From Klebsormidium nitens (Eukaryota; Plantae; Klebsormidiophyceae), in NCBI GenBank assembly GCA_000708835.1, contig DF237186.1, positions 67,656 through 131,655 of the forward strand: a stretch of DNA of 64,000 bases, in the 5' to 3' direction. Both the position numbers and the translations under genes were made by a program. Numbering within the stretch: position 1 is the first letter of the stretch; each line of letters begins with the position of its first letter. Positions 12,001-24,400 of the stretch are shown here, piece after piece. The notes under the pieces are model-generated. The model was not told the origin of the DNA. It did not search any database and saw only the letters and a list, made by a program, of their open reading frames with translations.

Positions 12001-13951
12001 GTTGGAACCTGCATAGAAACTCGGTTGTAGCTTCATTCACTCAAACTGATTCCAGTCGAATGATGATACTAATCCGACTTTTACCCCCAACGTTGCAGCG
12101 CGTACGAGGTAGCGACTGCCGCGGCAACGGCTTTGGGGGCCGACAAAATGCTGTGCATGCTGGACGGTTCCGTTTTCGACGACAACGGGCGCCTCCTCCG
12201 GTGGATGACGTTGCAAGAGGCCGATTCGCTCGTTCGGGAACGCGCGGAAACGTCCGGCGCAGCCGCAAACTACGTCGACCTCATGAAAGGCCCCCCGTGC
12301 ATTACGCTGTTGAGCGGACCGGGCTATGGGAAGACGCTTGATCTGGATGAGAAAGTTTACACCAACGGGCGGCGTGTGAATGGGGCCAGTGAGAACGGGC
12401 GCGGTGTGAATGGGGGCAGTGTGAACGGCGCCAGTGTGAATGGGGCCAGTGTGAATGGGGCCAGTATGAATGGAGCAGGTGCGAATGGGGCTGGCGCAAA
12501 CGGGGCGGAGGAGCTGTGCGACTTGAGTGAGGAGTGCGCGACGGGACACGCTCTGATAAACGGGATGAACGGAATGAACGGAATGACCGGAATCGAGGCT
12601 GGGGGCTTCTCCCAGGCGGGCCAGATCCTCACGGACGCAAACGGGAACGTGTACAAAACGACCCCCTGGAAACGGGGGTTCCCGGTCAAAGGCGGCGACC
12701 GCCTCGAGGGGGGGGACGGTTACCTGGCCGAGTTGGCAGCAGCCGTGTATGCGTGCAAGGGGGGGGTCCGGCGCGTGCACCTGGTCGACGCCACGGTGGG
12801 GGGGTCGCTTTTGCTGGAGCTATACACCCGGGACGGGATTGGGACGATGATCTCCAGCGACTTGTACGAGGGCACCCGGGGCGCGACGAGCCGGGACCTG
12901 GTTTGGATCCAGGGTTTGCTCAAACCGCTGGAAGACGACGGGATTCTGGTGAAGCGGTCGGAGGAGCAGATGACGGAAGACCTGCCGTATTTCACGGTGG
13001 TCGAGCGCGACGGGGCCGTGATTGCGTGTGCGGCGCTGTTTCCGTTGCCGGGGGGGCGGTGCGCGGAGGTGGCGGCGTTTGCGGTCGCGCCGGAGTGCCG
13101 GGGGCACGGCCGGGGGGACAATCTGCTGGGTGAGATAGCCCCCTAGGAAACCCCCAATTTGAATCTCGCACGAATGATGAGTCCTGCTGTGAACGCAAGA
13201 AACGGTAGAGGAGGACCCCCGCTTTTGAAACAAATGTGATCTGATTCAGCGGCATCAGGCCTAGAATCGGGTGCGGCGGTGGCTGGCAATCTGTGTAGAT
13301 TCGTTTGGGACAACCCTCTTCCCCCTCTTTGGATCTGCCCACTTGGGATACTAGGTCCGTTTTCTGTTCTCCGAAATTTCATCTGGAAATCGATCTTCGC
13401 ACACTCAAGAGAAAGCAACTTTCTTCCATCTCACGCTTCCTTGCGTTTGTCAGCTCGTCTGAGCGTTCCGGCCGCAGTCCGGAGTAGTCTTAGAAAGGCT
13501 TTGCTCAACACCGGCCAAACCCACCCTTACGCTAAACCCACACCTTATGCTACACTTACACCTATGCTAAGCCCACCCTTTTCCGATGTGCATACTACTT
13601 GGAGAAGAAGCCGACGGCGCCGGTTCGTTTCAGCAATTTTGACATTGTCTCGTTCAAAACCTTTTCGAACCCACACCTTGTGCTAAACCCACCTTTCTTT
13701 TCCGGGCAGATTACTTGGAAAAGAAGGCGATGGCACTCGGCCTCGAGCGCCTAGTTCTGCTCACCACGCGCACCGCCGACTGGTTCATGCAGCGCGGCTT
13801 TGTGGAGGGGTCCTTGGGGGACCTTCCCCCCGAGCGGCGCGCGCGCGTCAACACGTCCCGGGGCTCCAAGGTGTTTGTCAAGGAGCTCAACGATGTCGGG
13901 TCGCCCCGCTCTAGTTACGGCACCGATGCGCGGTTCAGCGCCCGGGTTTAG
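9075..13951 (+). CDS. NAGS: Plant-type N-acetylglutamate synthase (amino-acid kinase domain + GNAT domain), predicted plastid
   Basis: Exons 9075-9627, 10955-11315, 12099-13129 and 13710-13951 total 2187 nt, in frame. Motifs: VQWFRSTWPYIQGHRGSTFVIVLPGE, SGNFVAAKRRG, SNLGYTAAGEVLNCNAYEVATA, LELYTRDGIGTMISSDLYEG, GNAT segment FAVAPECRGHGRGDNLLDYLE and LLTTRTADWF. Confidence 0.95.
11745..11990 (+). repeat. Two degenerate copies of the NAGS exon-3 acceptor and exon start
   Basis: gcag|cgcgtacgaggtagcgactgctgcggcaaatgctttgggggccaacaaaatgctgt (11916-11975) nearly matches the functional junction at 12095-12155. A weaker copy, gcaacgcatatgaggtggcgacc, lies at ~11757. Confidence 0.88.
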
Positions 13952-15446
13952 GCCGGCTGTGCTTGGTAGCTCGTTGGTGCGCGGGGAGTGAACTTGATTT
14001 GCAGTAACCCCGGGAGTTTTAGAGTGCCCGGGGCGTAAATATGGGGTAATGGTAAGAGTTGGTGGGTAGATTGTGGGGTTAAGATCGCCCCGCTCTGATT
14101 ATGATTTGTTGGGTCGATGCTTCCACATAAACTGGCGTGCCCTGAGCGTTTGGGTTGGGGATCGCCGTATGGGGGCCTCTGATTGTGTTTCTGATCGTAA
14201 TAATCAATGAACATTTTGGTCCTAAGTGCTCCTTTTGGGGGGAAAGAAAGGGCACTTGCATGGCAATCTAGCTGTGTAGGACGGAGCTTGATAACGGAGG
14301 GTACGGACGGTGGGAGTTACTCCACATGCGGTGGCTGCAGACGGGTTCGAATTGGACGTGATAAAGGATAGGCGTTACTTACATATTGATTGCTGTGGTC
14401 GAATTTCCGTTACTTGTACAGACAAGCAAGACAGACTAAGCCAAAGCTGTGATCGTGTCAATCAGTTTAGTAAATATTATCATCAGGTTAGAACCTAGTT
14501 CTACTGGCTCCCCCTTCATTGAATGCATCTATTGATGTTTAAATCTTCTGCCAGGAGGTTCGCTATGTCTTGCGGTACAGTGCTGCTTGTTGCCCAAGTT
14601 GTCTAGCTAAGTACCTAGTAAGACGCTATAGCTACACTGATGCCCTCAGTCCCTCAAAACTTTTAAGATTGTGATGATGGCCGCAGAATTTCTGATCATG
14701 CACTAGACGGTTCATGTGTGCTACTAACCATGCCGGCGTAGCACCCCTCTTGGCCGCAAGCTGGCCGGCGGTCCATGACGCGGACGATCGATATAAACCG
14801 CGGTGTTGAGAACGTACATGCAACTGTCTATGTTTCTATATATGCACATGTGCCAGCGCGCCCGGCTCATGCATGTTAGTACCCGATCATCCAATGAATA
14901 GCTTTGATCATCTGCTCATGGCGGGCCGGCGGCCGTCCCAGCTACTAAGCCTGGAGACGGTACCTGCAGTGCGTCTCCAATGATGGGCCCCCGGCAACAT
15001 TGGCAACATGCTCAGTGTCACTCGGTCAACCAAACAGGCCGGCCTGCATGCATGTATACGACCGTTACATATGCGTGCAGTTCGAGTCGACGTATGGAGC
15101 CTTGCGAATTTCAAAGGACAAATAAACCTAAGGTGAACTCGCGCTAATCTGGTCTTGGTATCTATGAATCATATTGGAAGGTGTGCGAGTGCGCATGACG
15201 ATTGTTTATGGTCACTTATAGGCCTCAAGACGGAAGGTCGACAATCCCCGTATAAGCTCACATTTACAGGTTATAGGCTATGCAAGTCCAGATTGAGAGC
15301 ACTCGCCCGTGCTGGGCCTCGCAACAATCTCATATTACCTTGCACACGCACCTCTATCGTGGATACCTCAAAGAATCTTTACAAAAACGATCCATGCAAC
15401 AGGATGCACCCAGATGCTAGCCCTTGAGCGACACATGCGTCGCTTT

Positions 15447-18400
15447 TTAAGCGACCTTTGGTACCAAAACCTTGAGGGCCCCGTCAGATGTGGTGGGCTT
15501 CGCTTCGGCCTTCGCTTGGTTGTCTTCTATCAAGTCCCGGAAACCGTAGCCGAGAGACGTCCCGGTCTCCTTGGCACTCTGCATCACAGAGCCGCGGAAC
15601 TCAGTCCAAACGGGCGACAAACACGGGGTAAGCGTCCTCCACTCAGCGGGTTTTCATTTGACTTCTCGTCCGAGCAAGCAACCAAGCAACGAGGAGGGTT
15701 GAAAAGGCCAGGAGTGTTGGCGCCCGGATAAGCACCCAAGCTTGAGAGAGAAGTGCGTGGCTCGTGTTCTGGTGGCCGGTTGCAGGAGCACCGCAACCAC
15801 AGGAATCAGTGCACTTACATAAAAAGCAAAGGTTCTCTGTCCCAGTTTTTGAACCGGGGGGGGTATTGCTGGCGGGACTGAACCGAGAGTGATCATCGGA
15901 GGTGCTTACCCTCGTCAGATCCTGAAGATGGAGCATCCGGTACTTGTTGATGGCCGTGGCAATCTCGTTCGGCGACCACTTCTCAGTGAACTGCACACAA
16001 GAAAAAGCCCGAGGGTCACGCCTATTAGCCGTAGGGGGAGTCCGTGGCCTTGAATGCCTTGCTGACGGGACAAGATTCCAAAATGAGAATCACTTACGAC
16101 CGCTTGACTTCTGTTTTTACATGAGCAAGAGAGTTGGCGCCTCAAACCGTTGAATCGTCCTAACCTGCGAACCCTGCCGAAGCGTTGCTCAGACTGAGCT
16201 ATCTAAAAAGTAGTTCCAACTCAGCCACAATCCAAAGTCTGGAACCCTACCGCAATCCATATTCCTTTGAAAGCCGAATCCTGCGCTAGCTCCCCAACTT
16301 CCAAATTGGATACCAAAGGAAACTCTCCAGAGCCCTAACCCCTGCATATCCACAAGCCCTACGAAATCCATGAGCCCTGAAACAGAAACGTCGCCAGCTC
16401 ACCGTCCCAAGGATCGCGGTAACCGAAAGATGTGGTTCAGACCCACAATTCAAGAACCGACTGCGTCAAAACAAACCTCAGAACGAGCAAAGGACAGAAA
16501 AGCCATAAAACGTAAAACCTCGCCGGCTCACCGTCCCGAGGATAGCGGCCGCGAGTTGCAGGCTGGGCTCGAGCACCTCGGGCACCACGACGCGCGCGCC
16601 CGCGCGCTCGAGCACGACCCCGTGGTCGACGTCGTGCGCGCGCGCAAACACAGGCATGTGGGGGTCCATCTTGTGGATCTCGTACACGGTTCTGCAGGGG
16701 GTTAATGATAATCTTAAGCATCGTTTGAGGCCGGATTCATACTTGGACTAAGGTTCGCTTTGTCTCCAGGAAGGTGAAGTGTACTGCAAACACGGGCGTG
16801 TGAGGGTCCATCTTGTGCATCTCGTACCCGGTCTGCAGAGGAGGAAAAAGCTTGTTAACGATAATTTACGGCTTGGGTTAAGACTTTGCTTAAACTGGGA
16901 ATGGTGGACGTGGTGTTACAACGGCAGGTAGAGTCGATCTTGTAGATCTCGTACACGGTTTTGCGGAAAGGTTTTAATGAACTCGTCGAACATCGTTGAC
17001 GGCTTCGGTTTACCGCTTGGGTCACGGTTGCTTAAACTGCAAGAAGTTGAAATATGTGCAAAACCAGCAGTTAAGAGTTCCATGTTGCGGATCTCGGACC
17101 CGGTCGTTGGAAGAGCTATAAACTCGTAATCGTCGCCTCCGATTCAGGTGCGATTACTCTCAAGAGACGTGCATTACGTTGTGTTGTGTTCGTCCATCTT
17201 GCTGATCTAGTACATCGTCCTGCGGCAGAGGTGGGTAAAATCATCAAATCATCGTCTACGACTGGTTTGGGGTTTATTTTTTATTAATGGGAGGGTTCAG
17301 AAGTGCAGTAACATCAGGTGGAGGTCCCTGCATTTCAACTGAATTTACGGCTTGATTAGAGGTTTGGTTCGAATTTAATATCCGTTGAAACGTCACCGGT
17401 AGATCTTTTTTGGGGAGGGGAGGTGAAGACTTTGTCCACCGGTCTGTTCAGCGGATGGAGAATCTCCTGAAGATACTCTGTAGGATTAAGGACAATATGA
17501 AGCAAGTCTTGTTCGTACCTGTACATGGCTGCTGGTGTGTCTAGCAGAACCACGACCGCCTTGGCCCGGCTGAGCCCCACTCGCTCAAGCACGTGCACGC
17601 TGCCCGCGTCACCGTAGAAGACCGGCAGGTCTGCCTCCCGCCCTGCGGCAACGCGCTCCCTGAAGAGCCAAAGAGAGGCGCTAGAGATTTCAAGCAGTGC
17701 TTTGTGTTCGCTCAAGACAGGGTGTGGAAACACTAGAATTGTGAGCAGCACATCTCAGAAGCCTTGGAACTTTCGAAACGTCGTGCTAAGTGCCAGAGTG
17801 TGCGGTTGAGATTGCAAGCATTGAGATCGAACTTAAAGTCCTGGAGAGAGACCAAGACATCTCGATTGTCGCTGAAAAGACGTTTATCTTTGCCTGGTCG
17901 TGTGAAGACCGAGCAAGGAGGGGTCGCAGGGTATTGAGCCCTTCCTGGTCAATTGAACCTACCGACGTCCTTACGCACTTCAGAGCGAGGAATTGAGCAG
18001 TAAAGCAGACAACATCAAAAGGATTGTCAAAATCTGCATCAATGGACAAGTCCTGACAGCGCGAAAGTATCGAAGTCCGAGCAGCAGACGCATCTTGACG
18101 AGACAAAGGAAGCCGTTTGCGCGGCAGGGAGACGGCTACTCACGCCCGCATGTCGAGGACCACGAACGGAATCAGGTGCTCCGACAAGAACTGGGCGACC
18201 GTCTGCGAAAAAATCGACGGAAAAAGTTAGCTTCTGATGGCGTGCTTTTGTTGGTGGAATCATCCCAGGATACGCCATGTACTCTGAGCAACAGCAGCAC
18301 GCTTCTTTTCCGCGCTGATCCACAAAGTCGAGACACATTTGCACTCCCTGAGCTGATTTTGTGGCTGCTCTCAGGGCAGCGGGGACGGGGAGTCAGGCCC

Positions 18401-21400
18401 CGTCAGATGCGGGATACATGAACGGATCAAACGCGGACGTACACAAGCGCGCCCACACCGGCTCGCACACTGCGCTTGTCTTGACGTCAGTGCGCGTCTG
18501 CTCTATGAAGCGCCCAATCCTGTGCCTTCTGTGAAGTGCGGCTCGAGAAATACTGCACATTCCTCTAATCTGCCTACTCTAGAAGTTACTGATGCGAGGC
18601 TCGTCGCATGATCATCTCCTTGCTCGACATCCGCAAACACCTCAAGAACTGACGTTGTGCAACTACTGAAAGGCCCGAGGAGCGTAAAGTTACAAACGGC
18701 CGCTCACCTGACCGCCTCGCCCGAATCCGCAGATGATGATATGATTGCTGATGTCCTCCACCTGCATCGACAGTTTCAAGTCAGGTAGGGAACACGCCAG
18801 ATCTACGGATCATCCACTGCGGCCAGCTTCCCTTATCAACATCCAACGAACGTCTCTCAAACCACACCGATCCTCGGAATCCAAACGCAGCACAGCTTCT
18901 AGATTTTGGACTCGTTTCGTCGACAGGTTCCCGTGCCATTCTCTACGGAAAGAATGAGCAGACGTGGTCTTCGATCACCCGGAGTTTTCATCAGGTGCTT
19001 CTGCAATCTCTTTATTATCAGTCGTTATTACAGCGGCAACTTGGTGAGGTCTTCTCCTTGCTAACTTGTTTTCAGCGATTTGACATTTCTTAATGCGGAC
19101 CCCAGCCGCTCGCGAGATGAACTCTCGCCCAAAATGCAGAGTACCTATATACAAACTAGGATCCTTCTAGGAAAGTCTGGCCCCTTCACAGGGGCGAGGG
19201 CGCAAATTTTAGACGAGCTACTGCTCAAGCAGAACGAGAAGAAAACGAGGGTACCGCAAAGGTCTCATGTATGGGTTCATTGCAGGCAATTAGAAGCCGC
19301 ACCTCGGTTTCCTTGGGCCGCAGTGTCTCGATGTTGTTGGTCTCCAGCTTCTCGTACTTGCTGGCCAGCCACTTGCCAAAGTCCGCCAGGAACGGCGTCA
19401 GCGCCATGGAGAGGCCCACGATCAAGAACAGCATGGACGACAGGTCCTTGGTGATGATGCCCTGCGGAACGGCGAATGGAGGTGTTCAATTTTCGGGTTT
19501 AGGGTAAAAGGTTGCCCAGTTTGCAGAGAGAGGTTGAGTGGAATCGGCTCCGTAGACGCGTCAGCTCCACGGAGAGGCCCACAATCAAGAACAGCATGGA
19601 CGACGGATCCTTTGGTAATGATGCCCTGCGGAGTGGTCAACGGAAGATTTAGGGTTCAGGGTTCTAAGCGCCCAATAAGCCCAGATTGCAGCAGAGATCG
19701 GGTGGAATCCGCTTTCCAGAAGACAGGTCCTTTCCTTGGTTGTGATGCCCTGAAGGGTGGTGAAAAAGTCTTCGCGGATGCTCGATCTGCGGCAAGAGAA
19801 TAAGTGAAACCCACTCTCTGCTTTGTGATTGATGGCGGACCGTCTGATGCAAGACCACAGCATGACGATCATTGCTGCGAGGACGGAAGCGAGGACCCGG
19901 AAAGTAAGAAATGAGGCCACTGCCGATCTGCCGTCACACCAATGACACGACTCTTGAGCTGGTCCAGCACCTAAAGTAAAAGAGCGAAAGTTCCATCAAG
20001 AGAAGCAGGCAGCATAAGAGGCCAGAGCTTTGAGTAGTCACAGCTTTAGCCGATCAAAAGCTTGCGATGTTCACCTCTTAATAGTGTCTTCCAAGGAGTG
20101 GACTAGTTTCAAGCTGTCCCACTGTGTCGCAAATGTGACCGCCTCACTGGACCTCTTCCTCGACATGAATCCTCTCATACGGCTAAGATCATCCGTATCC
20201 AGCAGCAACCGGTTAGCTCATGCACACGCTCAAAACAGAAGCGCCTTACGAAGGTGATGCGATGGTTAGAGAATCTCTCTTCCCAAGGCCCGGTTCAAAA
20301 GCGGCCGAAAACGGCGACCATCCTACCTGCGAGACCGACTCCTTGAAGGCCACGAACGCGAACTCGCCCCCCGGAGCGAGCATCATACCGGCCCTAGTAG
20401 CGGCCACGAGACTCATCCCGAAGTAGCGCCCAGCGCCCGCAACAATGGCGGTCTTCCCGACGAGGAGAAGGGCGATGCCGCCGAAGACGGTGACGGGGTG
20501 GGCCGCGAGGAGGCGCAGGTTGATGGCCATGCCGACCTGCGGAATGGGGTTAAGAAGTGGGCTAGCGCGGACGTTTGTGCACTCGAAATGGAAATTATCA
20601 TTCGGGTCATTTTGGATTTGCCTGATGTCAACGATGGGTGACAAGGGGGGCGGTGAGCGGGAATAGGTTGATGGCCATGCGTTTAAGTTGGTGGGTTGAT
20701 GCAAGAGGTTTGAATCGATTCAGCGACCTAAGGACGAGACGAAGGTGGTGACAGACGGCCCTACTTGACGGTCATGCTGACGTGAGGGATGGGATGGAAG
20801 AAGTGGGTAACAGGGAAATCTGCATACGGTCGAGTGATTTCACGTCGAGATTGATTGCCGCCTGAAAGAGTGGAACGGGAACAAGTGCAGGATTGAAAAG
20901 AGGAAGATTGGGATTCGTAGAATGATGCCGACATGCAGGCTGTTGTACAGAGAGGCAAACAGAGATGCCTTATATAATTCACGAGTGACGGCAATGCTCT
21001 AGTTCTCCACTCTCCCAGCAGAGCAGATTCGCAGCTTACCGTTTGGAAGAAGAGCCCGAGGAGGAGACCCTTGTAAGGGGAGATGTCGGACTCGACTTGG
21101 AGCGCGAACTCGGTCTCCGCCATGAGCAGCCCCGAGATGAAGGCGCCAAGAGCCATGGAAAGGCCAGCCTGCATCGAATGCATGCGAACAAGCGTTAAGG
21201 TTTGCAGTCGACGAAATATGCTGGATTTTGCGGGATCACTTGCGCGAGCGTGCACCTGCTGACTCTGCATTCATACATAGAACACTCCCCAGAAGTGGGT
21301 CGTAAAACTGAGAATTTTCAACCTGCAGTCCTGGCGTGATGGTCATTGTTTGAAGAGCGTTTGGGCACGTGGGCCCCAGAGACAGAGACAGGCACGTCGG

Positions 21401-24400
21401 CCAGTTCAGTGTGACAGACTTTCAGCCCTCTCCGTGAACATGGACTCTTACCATTTCAGTAAGCATAGAGCAAGGGATGCGAGAGAAATAGAGCAAGGGA
21501 TGCGAAAGTCAGGACATTGCGGGGTCGCGAATGAGCAGTCTCTTGCCTGAATGGATTTCTGCATACAATCTGGCGGCCGATCGTTTTATCTCTCAAGGAC
21601 CTGTAGTGCTTTTAAGGTAGGATAGGACCAGGCTCCGTGAAGAAGTAGGTTAGGGCTGCTGACCTTGAGTGTGACGAAGCTGACGGCAAGGACGAGGAAA
21701 AGCGAGGTGGAGGCGAGGATCTCGGGGTTGCGGCTGTTTGTGACCACCTTGTAGATGGGTTGCAAGATCTGCACACAGCAGAAAAGAGTCAAGTCGATGC
21801 TCGCCAGAGTCCGTCAAATCAACCGTACGACGTATTCGTTCTGGATACAATTGGCTCTTTCTTTTCCATTATTATCGGGTGGTACACAGTGGGGGGGCTT
21901 CATGCGTTTTTATGGGAGGCACGGCTTCAGCCTAAAACCAGTCTTCCCTTTTTTCCTTGCGTTTGATTTCTTTCTGCCATACTTCAGTCAACGACACGCG
22001 TGCTACCATGCGTGACGCGCACTCCGAGAGCACCTTCTCTTGCTCGCTCGTGCTTTGCAGGAGGCTCAGTTCAGAGCAGGTCGCAATAGAGACTCAAAGC
22101 TCAGGGAAGAACGGGTACAGCAACAGGAAAAGGAGAGCCAATGTTTGGATGACGCCTTCACGAACGCGAGGAGGCCAGTCCAATAAAGAAAAGCGATAAG
22201 GATGTCCATGAGCTTTAAGCCGGTCGGAAGAAATCAAACAAAGACGCTGGTGATCAGGGAACCAAACTAGTAGATGATGCAGTGACCAAAGGGAAGTCTT
22301 ACTTTTCTACCCGCCACGACGATGAGCGAGACGAACGTCACGGCCTTCAAGGCGGCAATGCCCAACTGCCGGAACACATTGGCAAGCCCCAGCTGCAGAC
22401 AAGCAGAAGAAGATTCAAACAGGGGAGGGTGTGCCGTGTCGAGATTCGTCCATTCCGAGCTGAGCCGTCGTTTCGTTAAAGGTGCCAAGCTGATTGTTGA
22501 GGCATACTGGACAAAAACAGGAACAGGTCGCCAGCTGATTCTGAGCCCACCACGTTCGACCTTGGCTTGACCTTTACAAGCTTCTTTGGCAGTTCCTTGC
22601 CAAGGAAGCCAAATTTGGCAGTTCCTTGCCAAAGGAAGCCAAAGACGGTTCTCTCTTTTGATCAGGAACGTTTTCGAAAGCATTGGCGGAGCAGTCCACT
22701 TCTGCGACGTGCAATGGGACAGCAATCACAAGCAATTACAATTATCCCTGCCACATCATTGTTTTGACGCGGCCGCGACTGCGATACCGCTGCCTCACAG
22801 ACGCCCGCACTTGACTTTGCCAACTCCTTCCAATAGCAAAGGCTTTGGATGCCCAAGGTGATCACGGAGACCACATTTCCACATTTACCAGACTTGTCGC
22901 ATGCACAATGGAAGGCCGATCTGTGCTGAACGAAGCAGACAGCCGCCGAAGCGATACCAACAGATCGAGCGTCAAGCGGCTCACCCCAGAGCTCTGGCTC
23001 TTGGGCGACATGAGCGGGATGATGATCAGCAACAGAACCACGAAGAGATCCTGCACGGACGCACCTTACATCACGTTAACATGCGACCAAGACAACAGGT
23101 AATGTCAGCTCGGTCTTGAATTACAAGTGATTGTGGTCTTTCCAAAGCTTAAGAACCTTCCGCCAGAGCGGACTTCGAGACGGTTGTGCTCTACACTCGA
23201 CGAAGGAGGACCACTTGTTGGGTATGATCCAAGGAAAGTGAGACCCGCGTCGAGCACCAAGGCCCGCGCCGAGCACCAATACAAGGGACCTTCAAGTAAC
23301 CGAAGCCAGTCCCAACTATAGAAGAGCTGTCAGCACTTTCAGACGGGGACGGATGATAAACTGGGCATCAAGGGCGACAGACAGTCGCAAGATCTCCCTA
23401 CAAGGGTTTTTCCCCCTGTAGCCTCCAGGTTGCTTGTCCTGAGACTGCCTTTTTAGAACCTCAAAAAGTACGTACGCATGCTGACACCCATCCGACCTGC
23501 CGACTACAAAGCCCATGACGCGGTTGATCCCCGGTCCCCGTTCTCCTTTCCTTGCCCCTCACCTGGAAGAGCAGGACTCCGAAAGCGCCCCGCCCGTGCT
23601 TGGTTTGAATCTCGTTTTTATCCCGCAGAACTTGGATCGCAACTGCGGTGGACGAGAGGGCGAGCCCTGCGCCCACGACCACTGCTGCGGGGACGGCCAT
23701 CCCGAACAAGTAGTGGGCGACGCCGCCAGTGAAGGCGATGGTGGGGAGGACCTATGATGACGGAGAAATTGCAAAATCAAGGTTCGAACGGGATACTAGA
23801 GCAGGTTGCGACGGACTTGCGACAATGGCAACTCGAAGCAAAAGTGTCTCGCGCAGACTTCTGAAAACGATCAGAAAGGTCTCAGGCGAACACCAACAGA
23901 CCTCTGAGACGTCTACAGAGGAAAACGGAAGCATTACCACTTGGTCATGACAAAATCATGCTCCTTAGGTACGACCAGTCAGCCATTCAGGGAGCCGAGA
24001 AATGCACCAGGCGAAGGAACATGCGGACTTAGACAGGCTCTGGGACCAGGACGTTTTGGCAGTGTAACGGAGCTTACCTGGGCAACGCCTAGCCCGAAAA
24101 CGAGCTTCTGCATGTTCAGGATCTTCTCAATGGACAACTGCAAAAGGCAAAACGCGAAGGTGAGATCCTTGAATTCCTCCAGCGTCAAAGGCAGGATGAC
24201 ACGGGCTTGCAGAACGTGAGAACGTGAGGACACTCATATGGCGGATGGTGCTGCTCAACCGAAAGCTGGAAACTCCTGGAAAACCGGCCCGCAAAAAGGG
24301 AACGTGCAGAGACCAGTAAAGCTCGGCGACTCCAAAACCCACAGCGCAGTTGGTCAGTCGCCCTCATGGACCACACGGTGCACAACACTTACTGCGATTT

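Noticed and set aside
14330-14360. GGTTCGA T-loop-like motifs (also ~3043, 23781, 47702, 48278, 59119)
   Set aside because: No cloverleaf stems or D-loop/anticodon arms around them, so they are not tRNAs.
16650-17235. CRISPR-like interpretation of the regularly spaced repeats
   Set aside because: The context is eukaryotic and intronic, the repeats are diverged copies of a splice junction, the spacers are themselves related, and there are no cas genes.
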